Positions 1 through 11,700 of a stretch of DNA of 64,000 bases are shown here, piece by piece (the stretch's first letter is position 1; every line of letters begins with the position of its first letter). The position numbers and the translations under genes are program-made. The notes beneath the pieces are model-generated. The model was not told the origin of the DNA and ran no database searches. It was given only the letters and a program-made list of their open reading frames with translations. The DNA is taken from assembly GCF_009914755.1 (NCBI RefSeq), contig NC_060925.1; one strand, written 5' to 3'. The stretch comes from the human T2T-CHM13v2.0 reference genome, Homo sapiens.

Positions 1-46
1 ATCGAATGGAATTATCGAATGCAATCGAATGGAATTATCGAATGCA
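1..46 (+). repeat. 23-bp sub-repeat, exact tandem pair (ATCGAATGGAATTATCGAATGCA)x2; illustrates the 23/26-bp substructure in each monomer
   Basis: Read directly at 1-23 and 24-46, and recurs in segment C of the units. Confidence 0.9.
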
Positions 47-2041
47 ATCGAATAGAATCATCGAATGGACTCGAATGGAATCATCGAATGGAATGGAATG
101 GAACAGTCAATGAACTCGAATGGAATCATCATTGAATGGAATCGAATGGAATCATCGAGTGGAATCGAATGGAATTATGATCAAATGGAATCGAATGTAA
201 TCATCATCAAATGGAATCAAAAATAACCATCATCAATTGGTATTGAATGGAATTGTCATCAAATGGAATTCAAAGGAATCATCATCAAATGGAACCGAAT
301 GGAATCCTCATTGAATGGAAATGAAAGGGGTCATCATCTAATGGAATCGCATGGAATCATCATAAAATGGAATCGAATGAAATCAACATCAAATGGAATC
401 AAATGGAATCATTGAACGGAATTGAATGGAATCGTCATCGAATGAATTGGATGCAATCATCGAATGGTCTCGAATGGAATCTTCTTCAAATGGAATGGAA
501 TGGAATCATCGCATAGAATCGAATGGAATTATCATCGAATTTAATCGAATGGAATCAACATCAAACGGAAAAAAACGGAATTATCGAATGGAATCGAAGA
601 GAATCATCGAATGGACCCGAATGGAATCATATAATGGAATGGAATGGAATAATCCATGGACTCGAATGCAATCATCATCGAATGGAATCGAATGGAATCA
701 TCGAATGGACTCGAATGGAATAATCATTGAACGGAATCGATTGGAATCATCATCGGATGGAAACGAATGGAATCATCATCGAATGGAAATGAAAGGAGTC
801 ATCATCTAATGGAATTGCATGGAATCATCATAAAATGGAATCGAATGGAATCAACATCAAATGGAATCAAATGGAATCATTGAACGGAATTGAATGGAAT
901 CGTCATCGAATGAATTGACTGCAATCATCCAATGGTCTCGAATGGAATCATCTTCAAATGGAATGGAATGGAATCATCGCATAGAATCGAATGGAATTAT
1001 CATCGAATGGAATCGAATGGAATCAACATCCAACGGAAAAAAACGGAATTATCGAATGGAATCGAAGAGAATCATCGAATGGACCCGAATGGAATCATCT
1101 AATGGAATGGAATGGAATAATCCATGGACTCGAATGCAATCATCATCGAATGGAATCGAATGGAATCATCGAATGGACTCGAATGGAATAATCATTGAAC
1201 GGAATAGAATGGAATCATCATCGGATGGAAATGAATGGAATCATCATCGAATGGAATCGAATACAATTATGGAATGAAATCCAGTGTGATCATCATCGAA
1301 TGGACCCGAATGGAATCATCATCCAACGGAAGCTAATGGAATCAACATCGAATGAATCAAATGGAAACACCATCGAATTGAAACGAATGGAATTATCATG
1401 AAATTGAAATGGATGGACTCATCATCGAATGGATTCGAAAGGAATCATCGAATAAAATTGATTGAAATCATCATCGAATGGAATCGAATGGTATCATTGA
1501 ATGGAATCGAATGGAATCATCATCAGATGGAAATGAATGGAATCGTCATAGAATGGAATCGAATGGATTCATTGAATGGAATCAGATGGAATCATCGAAT
1601 GGACTGGAATGGAATCATTGAATGGACTCGAAAGGGATCATGATTGAATGGAATTGAATGGAATCATCGAATGGTCTCGATTGGAATCATTATCAAATGG
1701 AATCGAATGGAATCACCGAATAGAATCGAATGGAACAATCATCGAATGGACTCAAATGGAATTATCCTCAAATGGAATGGAATGGAATTATCGAATGCAA
1801 TCGAATGGAATTATCGAATGCAATCGAATAGAATCATCGAATGGACTCGAATGGAATCATCGAATGGAATGGAATGGAACAGTCAATGAACACGAATGGA
1901 ATCATCATTGAATGGAATCGAATGGAATCATCGAGTGGAATCGAATGGAATTATGATCAAATGGAATCGAATGTAATCATCATCAAATGGAATCAAAAAT
2001 AACCATCATCAATTGCTATTGAATGGAATTGTCATCAAATG

Positions 2042-2711
2042 GAATTCAAAGGAATCATCATCAAATGGAACCGAATGGAATCCTCATTGAATGGAAATGA
2101 AAGGGGTCATCATCTAATGGAATCGCATGGAATCATCATCAAATGGAATCGAATGGAATCATCATCAAATGGAATCTAATGGAATCATTGAACAGAATTG
2201 AATGGAATCGTCATCGAATGAATTGAATGCAATCATCGAATGGTCTCGAATGGAATCATCTTCTAATGGAAAGGAATGGAATCATCGCATAGAATCGAAT
2301 AGAATTATCATCGAATGGAATCGAATGGTATCAACACCAAACGGAAAAAAACGGAATTATCGAATGGAATCGAAGAGAATCTTCGAACGGACCCGAATGG
2401 AATCATCTAATGGAATGGAATGGAATAATCCATGGACTCGAATGCAATCATCATCGAATGGAATCGAATGGAATCATCGAATGGACTCGAATGGAATAAT
2501 CATTGAACGGAATCGAATGGAATCATCATCGGATGGAAACGAATGGAATCATCGAATGAACTCGAATGGAATCATCATTGAATGGAATCGAATGGAATCA
2601 TCGAGTGGAATCGAATGGAATTATGATCAAATGGAATCGAATCTAATCATCATCAAATGGAATCAAAAATAACCATCATCAATTGGTATTGAATGGAATT
2701 GTCATCAAATG
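2042..2711 (+). repeat. 670-bp short monomer (EcoRI to EcoRI), copy 1
   Basis: GAATTC at 2042 and 2712; A-subunit ORF starts at 2202 and 2872. Novel junction GGAAACGAATGGAATCATCGAATGAACTCG near 2535-2564. Confidence 0.92.
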
Positions 2712-2762
2712 GAATTCAAAGGAATCATCATCAAATGGAACCGAATGGAATCCTCATTGAAT

Positions 2763-3698
2763 GGAAATGAAAGGGGTCATCATCTAATGGAATCGCATGG
2801 AATCATCATCAAATGGAATCGAATGGAATCATCATCAAATGGAATCTAATGGAATCATTGAACAGAATTGAATGGAATCGTCATCGAATGAATTGAATGC
2901 AATCATCGAATGGTCTCGAATGGAATCATCTTCTAATGGAAAGGAATGGAATCATCGCATAGAATCGAATGGAATTATCATCGAATGGAATCGAATGGTA
3001 TCAACACCAAACGGAAAAAAACGGAATTATCGAATGGAATCGAAGAGAATCTTCGAACGGACCCGAATGGAATCATCTAATGGAATGGAATGGAATAATC
3101 CATGGACTCGAATGCAATCATCATCGAATGGAATCGAATGGAATCATCGAATGGACTCGAATGGAATAATCATTGAACGGAATCGAATGGAATCATCATC
3201 GGATGGAAACGAATGGAATCATCATCGAATGGAAATGAAAGGAGTCATCATCTAATGGAATTGCATGGAATCATCATAAAATGGAATCGAATGGAATCAA
3301 CATCAAATGGAATCAAATGGAATCATTGAACGGAATTGAATGGAATCGTCATCGAATGAATTGACTGCAATCATCGAATGGTCTCGAATGGAATCATCTT
3401 CAAATGGAATGGAATGGAATCATCGCATAGAATCGAATGGAATTATCATCGAATGGAATCGAATGGAATCAACATCAAACGGAAAAAAACGGAATTATCG
3501 AATGGAATCGAAGAGAATCATCGAATGGACCCGAATGGAATCATCTAATGGAATGGAATGGAATAATCCATGGACTCGAATGCAATCATCATCGAATGGA
3601 ATCGAATGGAATCATCGAATGGACTCGAATGGAATAATCATTGAACGGAATCGAATGGAATCATCATCGGATGGAAATGAATGGAATCATCATCGAAT
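2763..3698 (+). repeat. Internal 468-bp tandem duplication (sub-units A and B) present in every full monomer
   Basis: Paired 127-aa pseudo-ORFs lie 468 bp apart (2872/3340, 426/894, etc.). A and B differ at about 14 diagnostic sites, e.g. GGGGTC/GGAGTC, ACAGAA/ACGGAA, TGAATGC/TGACTGC, TTCTAATGGAAAGG/TTCAAATGGAATGG, GGTATCAACACC/GGAATCAACATC, CTTCGAAC/CATCGAAT. Confidence 0.93.
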
Positions 3699-4538
3699 GG
3701 AATCGAATAGAATTATGGAATGAAATCCAGTGTGATCATCATCGAATGGACCCGAATGGAATCATCATCCAACGGAAGCTAATGGAATCAACATCGAATG
3801 AATCGAATGGAAACACCATCGAATTGAAACGAATGGAATTATCATGAAATTGAAATGGATGGACTCATCATCGAATGGATTCGAATGGAATCATCGAATA
3901 AAATTGATTGAAATCATCATCGAATGGAATCGAATGGTATCATTGAATGGAATCGAATGGAATCATCATCAGATGGAAATGAATGGAATCGTCATAGAAT
4001 GGAATCGAATGGATTCATTGAATGGAATCAGATGGAATCATCGAATGGACTGGAATGGAATCATTGAATGGACTCGAAAGGGATCATGATTGAATGGAAT
4101 TGAATGGAATCATCGAATGGTCTCGATTGGAATCATTATCAAATGGAATCGAATGGAATCACCGAATAGAATCGAATGGAACAATCATCGAATGGACTCA
4201 AATGGAATTATCCTCAAATGGAATCGAATGGAATTATCGAATGCAATCGAATGGAATTATCGAATGCAATCGAATAGAATCATCGAATGGACTCGAATGG
4301 AATCATCGAATGGAATGGAATGGAACAGTCAATGAACACGAATGGAATCATCATTGAATGGAATCGAATGGAATCATCGAGTGGAATCGAATGGAATTAT
4401 GATCAAATGGAATCGAATGTAATCATCATCAAATGGAATCAAAAATCACCATCATCAATTGGTATTGAATGGAATTGTCATCAAATGGAATTCAAAGGAA
4501 TCATCATCAAATGGAACCGAATGGAATCCTCATTGAAT
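2763..4538 (+). repeat. Representative full 1776-bp monomer (A 2763-3230, B 3231-3698, C 3699-4538)
   Basis: GGAAATGAAAGGGGTC at 2763 recurs at 4539. Motifs present once per unit include CCAGTGTGATC, CGGAAGCTAATG, CGAAAGGGATC and GAACAGTCAATG. Confidence 0.93.
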
Positions 4539-7500
4539 GGAAATGAAAGGGGTCATCATCTAATGGAATCGCATGGAATCATCATCAAATGGAATCGAAT
4601 GGAATCACCATCAAATGGAATCTAATGGAATCATTGAACAGAATTGAATGGAATCGTCATCGAATGAATTGAATGCAATCATCGAATGGTCTCGAATGGA
4701 TTCATCTTCTAATGAAAAGGAATGGAATCATCGCATAGAATCGAATGGAATTATCATCGAATGGAATCGAATGGTATCAACACCAAACGGAAAAAAACGG
4801 AATTATCGAATGGAATCGAAGAGAATCTTCGAACGGACCCGAATGGAATCATCTAATGGAATGGAATGGAATAATCCATGGACTCGAATGCAATCATCAT
4901 CGAATGGAATCGAATGGAATCATCGAATGGACTCGAATGGAATAATCATTGAACGGAATCGATTGGAATCATCATCGGATGGAAACGAATGGAATCATCA
5001 TCGAATGGAAATGAAAGGAGTCATCATCTAATGGAATTGCATGGAATCATCATAAAATGGAATCGAATGGAATCAACATCAAATGGAATCAAATGGAATC
5101 ATTGAACGGAATTGAATGGAATCGTCATCGAATGAATTGACTGCAATCATCCAATGGTCTCGAATGGAATCATCTTCAAATGGAATGGAATGGAATCATC
5201 GCATAGAATCGAATGGAATTATCATCGAATGGAATCGAATGGAATCAACATCCAACGGAAAAAAACGGAATTATCGAATGGAATTGAAGAGAATCATCGA
5301 ATGGACCCGAATGGAATCATGTAATGGAATGGAATGGAATAATCCATGGACTCGAATGCAATCATCATCGAATGGAATCGAATGGAATCATCGAATGGAC
5401 TCGAATGGAATAATCATTGAACGGAATCGAATGGAATCATCATCGGATGGAAATGAATGGAATCATCATCGAATGGAATCGAATAGAATTATGGAATGAA
5501 ATCCAGTGTGATCATCATCGAATGGACCCGAATGGAATCATCATCCAACGGAAGCTAATGGAATCAACATCGAATGAATCAAATGGAAACACCATCGAAT
5601 TGAAACGAATGGAATTATCATGAAATTGAAATGGATGGACTCATCGTCGAATGGATTCGAATGGAATCATCGAATAAAATTGATTGAAATCATCATCGAA
5701 TGGAATCGAATGGTATCATTGAATGGAATCGAATGGAATCATCATCAGATGGAAATGAATGGAATCGTCATAGAATGGAATCGAATGGATTCATTGAATG
5801 GAATCAGATGGAATCATCGAATGGACTGGAATGGAATCATTGAATGGACTCGAAAGGGATCATTATTGAATGGAATTGAATGGAATCATCGAATGGTCTC
5901 GATTGGAATCATTATCAAATGGAATCGAATGGAATCACCGAATAGAATCGAATGGAACAATCATCGAATGGACTCAAATGGAATTATCCTCCAATGGAAT
6001 GGAATGGAATTATCGAATGCAATCGAATGGAATTATCGAATGCAATCGAATAGAATCATCGAATGGACTCGAATGGAATCATCGAATGGAATGGAATGGA
6101 ACAGTCAATGAACTCGAATGGAATCATCATTGAATGGAATCGAATGGAATCATCGAGTGGAATCGAATGGAATTATGATCAAATGGAATCGAATGTAATC
6201 ATCATCAAATGGAATCAAAAATAACCATCATCAATTGGTATTGAATGGAATTGTCATCAAATGGAATTCAAAGGAATCATCATCAAATGGAACCGAATGG
6301 AATCCTCATTGAATGGAAATGAAAGGGGTCATCATCTAATGGAATCGCATGGAATCATCATAAAATGGAATCGAATGAAATCAACATCAAATGGAATCAA
6401 ATGGAATCATTGAACGGAATTGAATGGAATCTTCATCGAATGAATTGGATGCAATCATCGAATGGTCTCGAATGGAATCTTCTTCAAATGGAATGGAATG
6501 GAATCATCGCATAGAATCGAATGGAATTATCATCGAATTTAATCGAATGGAATCAACATCAAACGGAAAAAAACGGAATTATCGAATGGAATCGAAGAGA
6601 ATCATCGAATGGACCCGAATGGAATCATATAATGGAATGGAATGGAATAATCCATGGACTCGAATGCAATCATCATCGAATGGAATCGAATGGAATCATC
6701 GAATGGACTCGAATGGAATAATCATTGAACGGAATCGATTGGAATCATCATCGGATGGAAACGAATGGAATCATCATCGAATGGAAATGAAAGGAGTCAT
6801 CATCTAATGGAATTGCATGGAATCATCATAAAATGGAATCGAATGGAATCAACATCAAATGGAATCAAATGGAATCATTGAACGGAATTGAATGGAATCG
6901 TCATCGAATGAATTGACTGCAATCATCCAATGGTCTCGAATGGAATCATCTTCAAATGGAATGGAATGGAATCATCGCATAGAATCGAATGGAATTATCA
7001 TCGAATGGAATCGAATGGAATCAACATCCAACGGAAAAAAACGGAATTATCGAATGGAATCGAAGAGAATCATCGAATGGACCCGAATGGAATCATCTAA
7101 TGGAATGGAATGGAATAATCCATGGACTCGAATGCAATCATCATCGAATGGAATCGAATGGAATCATCGAATGGACTCGAATGGAATAATCATTGAACGG
7201 AATAGAATGGAATCATCATCGGATGGAAATGAATGGAATCATCATCGAATGGAATCGAATACAATTATGGAATGAAATCCAGTGTGATCATCATCGAATG
7301 GACCCGAAAGGAATCATCATCCAACGGAAGCTAATGGAATCAACATCGAATGAATCAAATGGAAACACCATCGAATTGAAACGAATGGAATTATCATGAA
7401 ATTGAAATGGATGGACTCATCATCGAATGGATTCGAAAGGAATCATCGAATAAAATTGATTGAAATCATCATCGAATGGAATCGAATGGTATCATTGAAT

Positions 7501-8039
7501 GGAATCGAATGGAATCATCATCAGATGGAAATGAATGGAATCGTCATAGAATGGAATCGAATGGATTCATTGAATGGAATCAGATGGAATCATCGAATGG
7601 ACTGGAATGGAATCATTGAATGGACTCGAAAGGGATCATGATTGAATGGAATTGAATGGAATCATCGAATGGTCTCGATTGGAATCATTATCAAATGGAA
7701 TCGAATGGAATCACCGAATAGAATCGAATGGAACAATCATCGAATGGACTCAAATGGAATTATCCTCAAATGGAATGGAATGGAATTATCGAATGCAATC
7801 GAATGGAATTATCGAATGCAATCGAATAGAATCATCGAATGGACTCGAATGGAATCATCGAATGGAATGGAATGGAACAGTCAATGAACACGAATGGAAT
7901 CATCATTGAATGGAATCGAATGGAATCATCGAGTGGAATCGAATGGAATTATGATCAAATGGAATCGAATGTAATCATCATCAAATGGAATCAAAAATAA
8001 CCATCATCAATTGCTATTGAATGGAATTGTCATCAAATG

Positions 8040-8709
8040 GAATTCAAAGGAATCATCATCAAATGGAACCGAATGGAATCCTCATTGAATGGAAATGAAA
8101 GGGGTCATCATCTAATGGAATCGCATGGAATCATCATCAAATGGAATCGAATGGAATCATCATCAAATGGAATCTAATGGAATCATTGAACAGAATTGAA
8201 TGGAATCGTCATCGAATGAATTGAATGCAATCATCGAATGGTCTCGAATGGAATCATCTTCTAATGGAAAGGAATGGAATCATCGCATAGAATCGAATAG
8301 AATTATCATCGAATGGAATCGAATGGTATCAACACCAAACGGAAAAAAACGGAATTATCGAATGGAATCGAAGAGAATCTTCGAACGGACCCGAATGGAA
8401 TCATCTAATGGAATGGAATGGAATAATCCATGGACTCGAATGCAATCATCATCGAATGGAATGGAATGGAATCATCGAATGGACTCGAATGGAATAATCA
8501 TTGAACGGAATCGAATGGAATCATCATCGGATGGAAACGAATGGAATCATCGAATGAACTCGAATGGAATCATCATTGAATGGAATCGAATGGAATCATC
8601 GAGTGGAATCGAATGGAATTATGATCAAATGGAATCGAATCTAATCATCATCAAATGGAATCAAAAATAACCATCATCAATTGGTATTGAATGGAATTGT
8701 CATCAAATG
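8040..8709 (+). repeat. 670-bp short monomer (EcoRI to EcoRI), copy 2
   Basis: Same junction and same private variants (GAATAGAATTATC, GAATCTAATCATC) as copy 1, offset 5998 bp. Confidence 0.92.
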
Positions 8710-11700
8710 GAATTCAAAGGAATCATCATCAAATGGAACCGAATGGAATCCTCATTGAATGGAAATGAAAGGGGTCATCATCTAATGGAATCGCATGGAA
8801 TCATCATCAAATGGAATCGAATGGAATCATCATCAAATGGAATCTAATGGAATCATTGAACAGAATTGAATGGAATCGTCATCGAATGAATTGAATGCAA
8901 TCATCGAATGGTCTCGAATGGAATCATCTTCTAATGGAAAGGAATGGAATCATCGCATAGAATCGAATGGAATTATCATCGAATGGAATCGAATGGTATC
9001 AACACCAAACGGAAAAAAACGGAATTATCGAATGGAATCGAAGAGAATCTTCGAACGGACCCGAATGGAATCATCTAATGGAATGGAATGGAATAATCCA
9101 TGGACTCGAATGCAATCATCATCGAATGGAATCGAATGGAATCATCGAATGGACTCGAATGGAATAATCATTGAACGGAATCGAATGGAATCATCATCGG
9201 ATGGAAACGAATGGAATCATCATCGAATGGAAATGAAAGGAGTCATCATCTAATGGAATTGCATGGAATCATCATAAAATGGAATCGAATGGAATCAACA
9301 TCAAATGGAATCAAATGGAATCATTGAACGGAATTGAATGGAATCGTCATCGAATGAATTGACTGCAATCATCGAATGGTCTCGAATGGAATCATCTTCA
9401 AATGGAATGGAATGGAATCATCGCATAGAATCGAATGGAATTATCATCGAATGGAATCGAATGGAATCAACATCAAACGGAAAAAAACGGAATTATCGAA
9501 TGGAATCGAAGAGAATCATCGAATGGACCCGAATGGAATCATCTAATGGAATGGAATGGAATAATCCATGGACTCGAATGCAATCATCATCGAATGGAAT
9601 CGAATGGAATCATCGAATGGACTCGAATGGAATAATCATTGAACGGAATCGAATGGAATCATCATCGGATGGAAATGAATGGAATCATCATCGAATGGAA
9701 TCGAATAGAATTATGGAATGAAATCCAGTGTGATCATCATCGAATGGACCCGAATGGAATCATCATCCAACGGAAGCTAATGGAATCAACATCCAATGAA
9801 TCGAATGGAAACACCATCGAATTGAAACGAATGGAATTATCATGAAATTGAAATGGATGGACTCATCATCGAATGGATTCGAATGGAATCATCGAATAAA
9901 ATTGATTGAAATCATCATCGAATGGAATCGAATGGTATCATTGAATGGAATCGAATGGAATCATCATCAGATGGAAATGAATGGAATCGTCATAGAATGG
10001 AATCGAATGGATTCATTGAATGGAATCAGATGGAATCATCGAATGGACTGGAATGGAATCATTGAATGGACTCGAAAGGGATCATGATTGAATGGAATTG
10101 AATGGAATCATCGAATGGTCTCGATTGGAATCATTATCAAATGGAATCGAATGGAATCACCGAATAGAATCGAATGGAACAATCATCGAATGGACTCAAA
10201 TGGAATTATCCTCAAATGGAATCGAATGGAATTATCGAATGCAATCGAATGGAATTATCGAATGCAATCGAATAGAATCATCGAATGGACTCGAATGGAA
10301 TCATCGAATGGAATGGAATGGAACAGTCAATGAACACGAATGGAATCATCATTGAATGGAATCGAATGGAATCATCGAGTGGAATCGAATGGAATTATGA
10401 TCAAATGGAATCGAATGTAATCATCATCAAATGGAATCAAAAATCACCATCATCAATTGGTATTGAATGGAATTGTCATCAAATGGAATTCAAAGGAATC
10501 ATCATCAAATGGAACCGAATGGAATCCTCATTGAATGGAAATGAAAGGGGTCATCATCTAATGGAATCGCATGGAATCATCACCAAATGGAATCGAATGG
10601 AATCATCATCAAATGGAATCTTATGGAATCATTGAACAGAATTGAATGGAATCGTCATCGAATGAATTGAATGCAATCATCGAATGGTCTCGAATGGAAT
10701 CATCTTCTAATGGAAAGGAATGGAATCATCGCATAGAATCGAATGGAATTATCATCGAATGGAATCGAATGGTATCAACACCAAACGGAAAAAAACGGAA
10801 TTATCGAAAGGAATCGAAGAGAATCTTCGAACGGACCCGAATGGAATCATCTAATGGAATGGAATGGAATAATCCATGGACTCGAATGCAATCATCATCG
10901 AATGGAATCGAATGGAATCATCGAATGGACTCGAATGGAATAATCATTGAACGGAATCGAATGGAATCATCATCGGATGGAAACGAATGGAATCATCATC
11001 GAATGGAAATGAAAGGAGTCATCATCTAATGGAATTGCATGGAATCATCATAAAATGGAATCGAATGGAATCAACATCAAATGGAATCAAATGGAATCAT
11101 TGAATGGAATTGAATGGAATCGTCATCGAATGAATTGACTGCAATCATCGAATGGTCTCGAATGGAATCATCTTCAAATGGAATGGAATGGAATCATCGC
11201 ATAGAATCGAATGGAATTATCATCGAATGGAATCGTATGGAATCAACATCAAACGGAAAAAAACAGAATTATCGTATGGAATCGAAGAGAATCATCGAGT
11301 GGACCCGAATGGAATCATCTAATGGAATGGAATGGAATAATCCATGGACTCGAATGCAATCATCATCGAATGGAATCGAATGGAATCATCGAATGGACTC
11401 GAATGGAATAATCATTGAACGGAATCGAATGGAATCATCATCGGATGGAAATGAATGGAATCATCATCGAATGGAATCGAATAGAATTATGGAATGAAAT
11501 CCAGTGTGATCATCATCGAATGGACCCGAATGGAATCATCATCCAACGGAAGCTAATGGAATCAACATCGAATGAATCGAATGGAAACACCATCGAATTG
11601 AAACGAATGGAATTATCATGAAATTGAAATGGATGGACTCATCATCGAATGGATTCGAATGGAATCATCGAATAAAATTGATTGAAATCATCATCCAATG

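Larger units (their letters stand above)
1..10580 (+). repeat. 5998-bp higher-order repeat (3x1776+670), about 1.75 copies visible
   Basis: Rare variants recur at +5998: GAATTTAATCG (about 540/6538), GAATACAATT (1263/7261), TTCGAAAGG (about 1440/7438), AAAATCACC (about 4446/10444), and the 670-bp unit. Confidence 0.9.

Noticed and set aside
1450-1457. AATAAA polyadenylation signal once per monomer
   Set aside because: Expected by chance in A-rich satellite sequence, with no downstream GU-rich element or transcript evidence.
2375-2390. Heat-shock-element-like GAATCTTCGAA in A sub-units
   Set aside because: Only two correctly spaced inverted nGAAn units; the third is out of phase, so it is not a canonical HSE.
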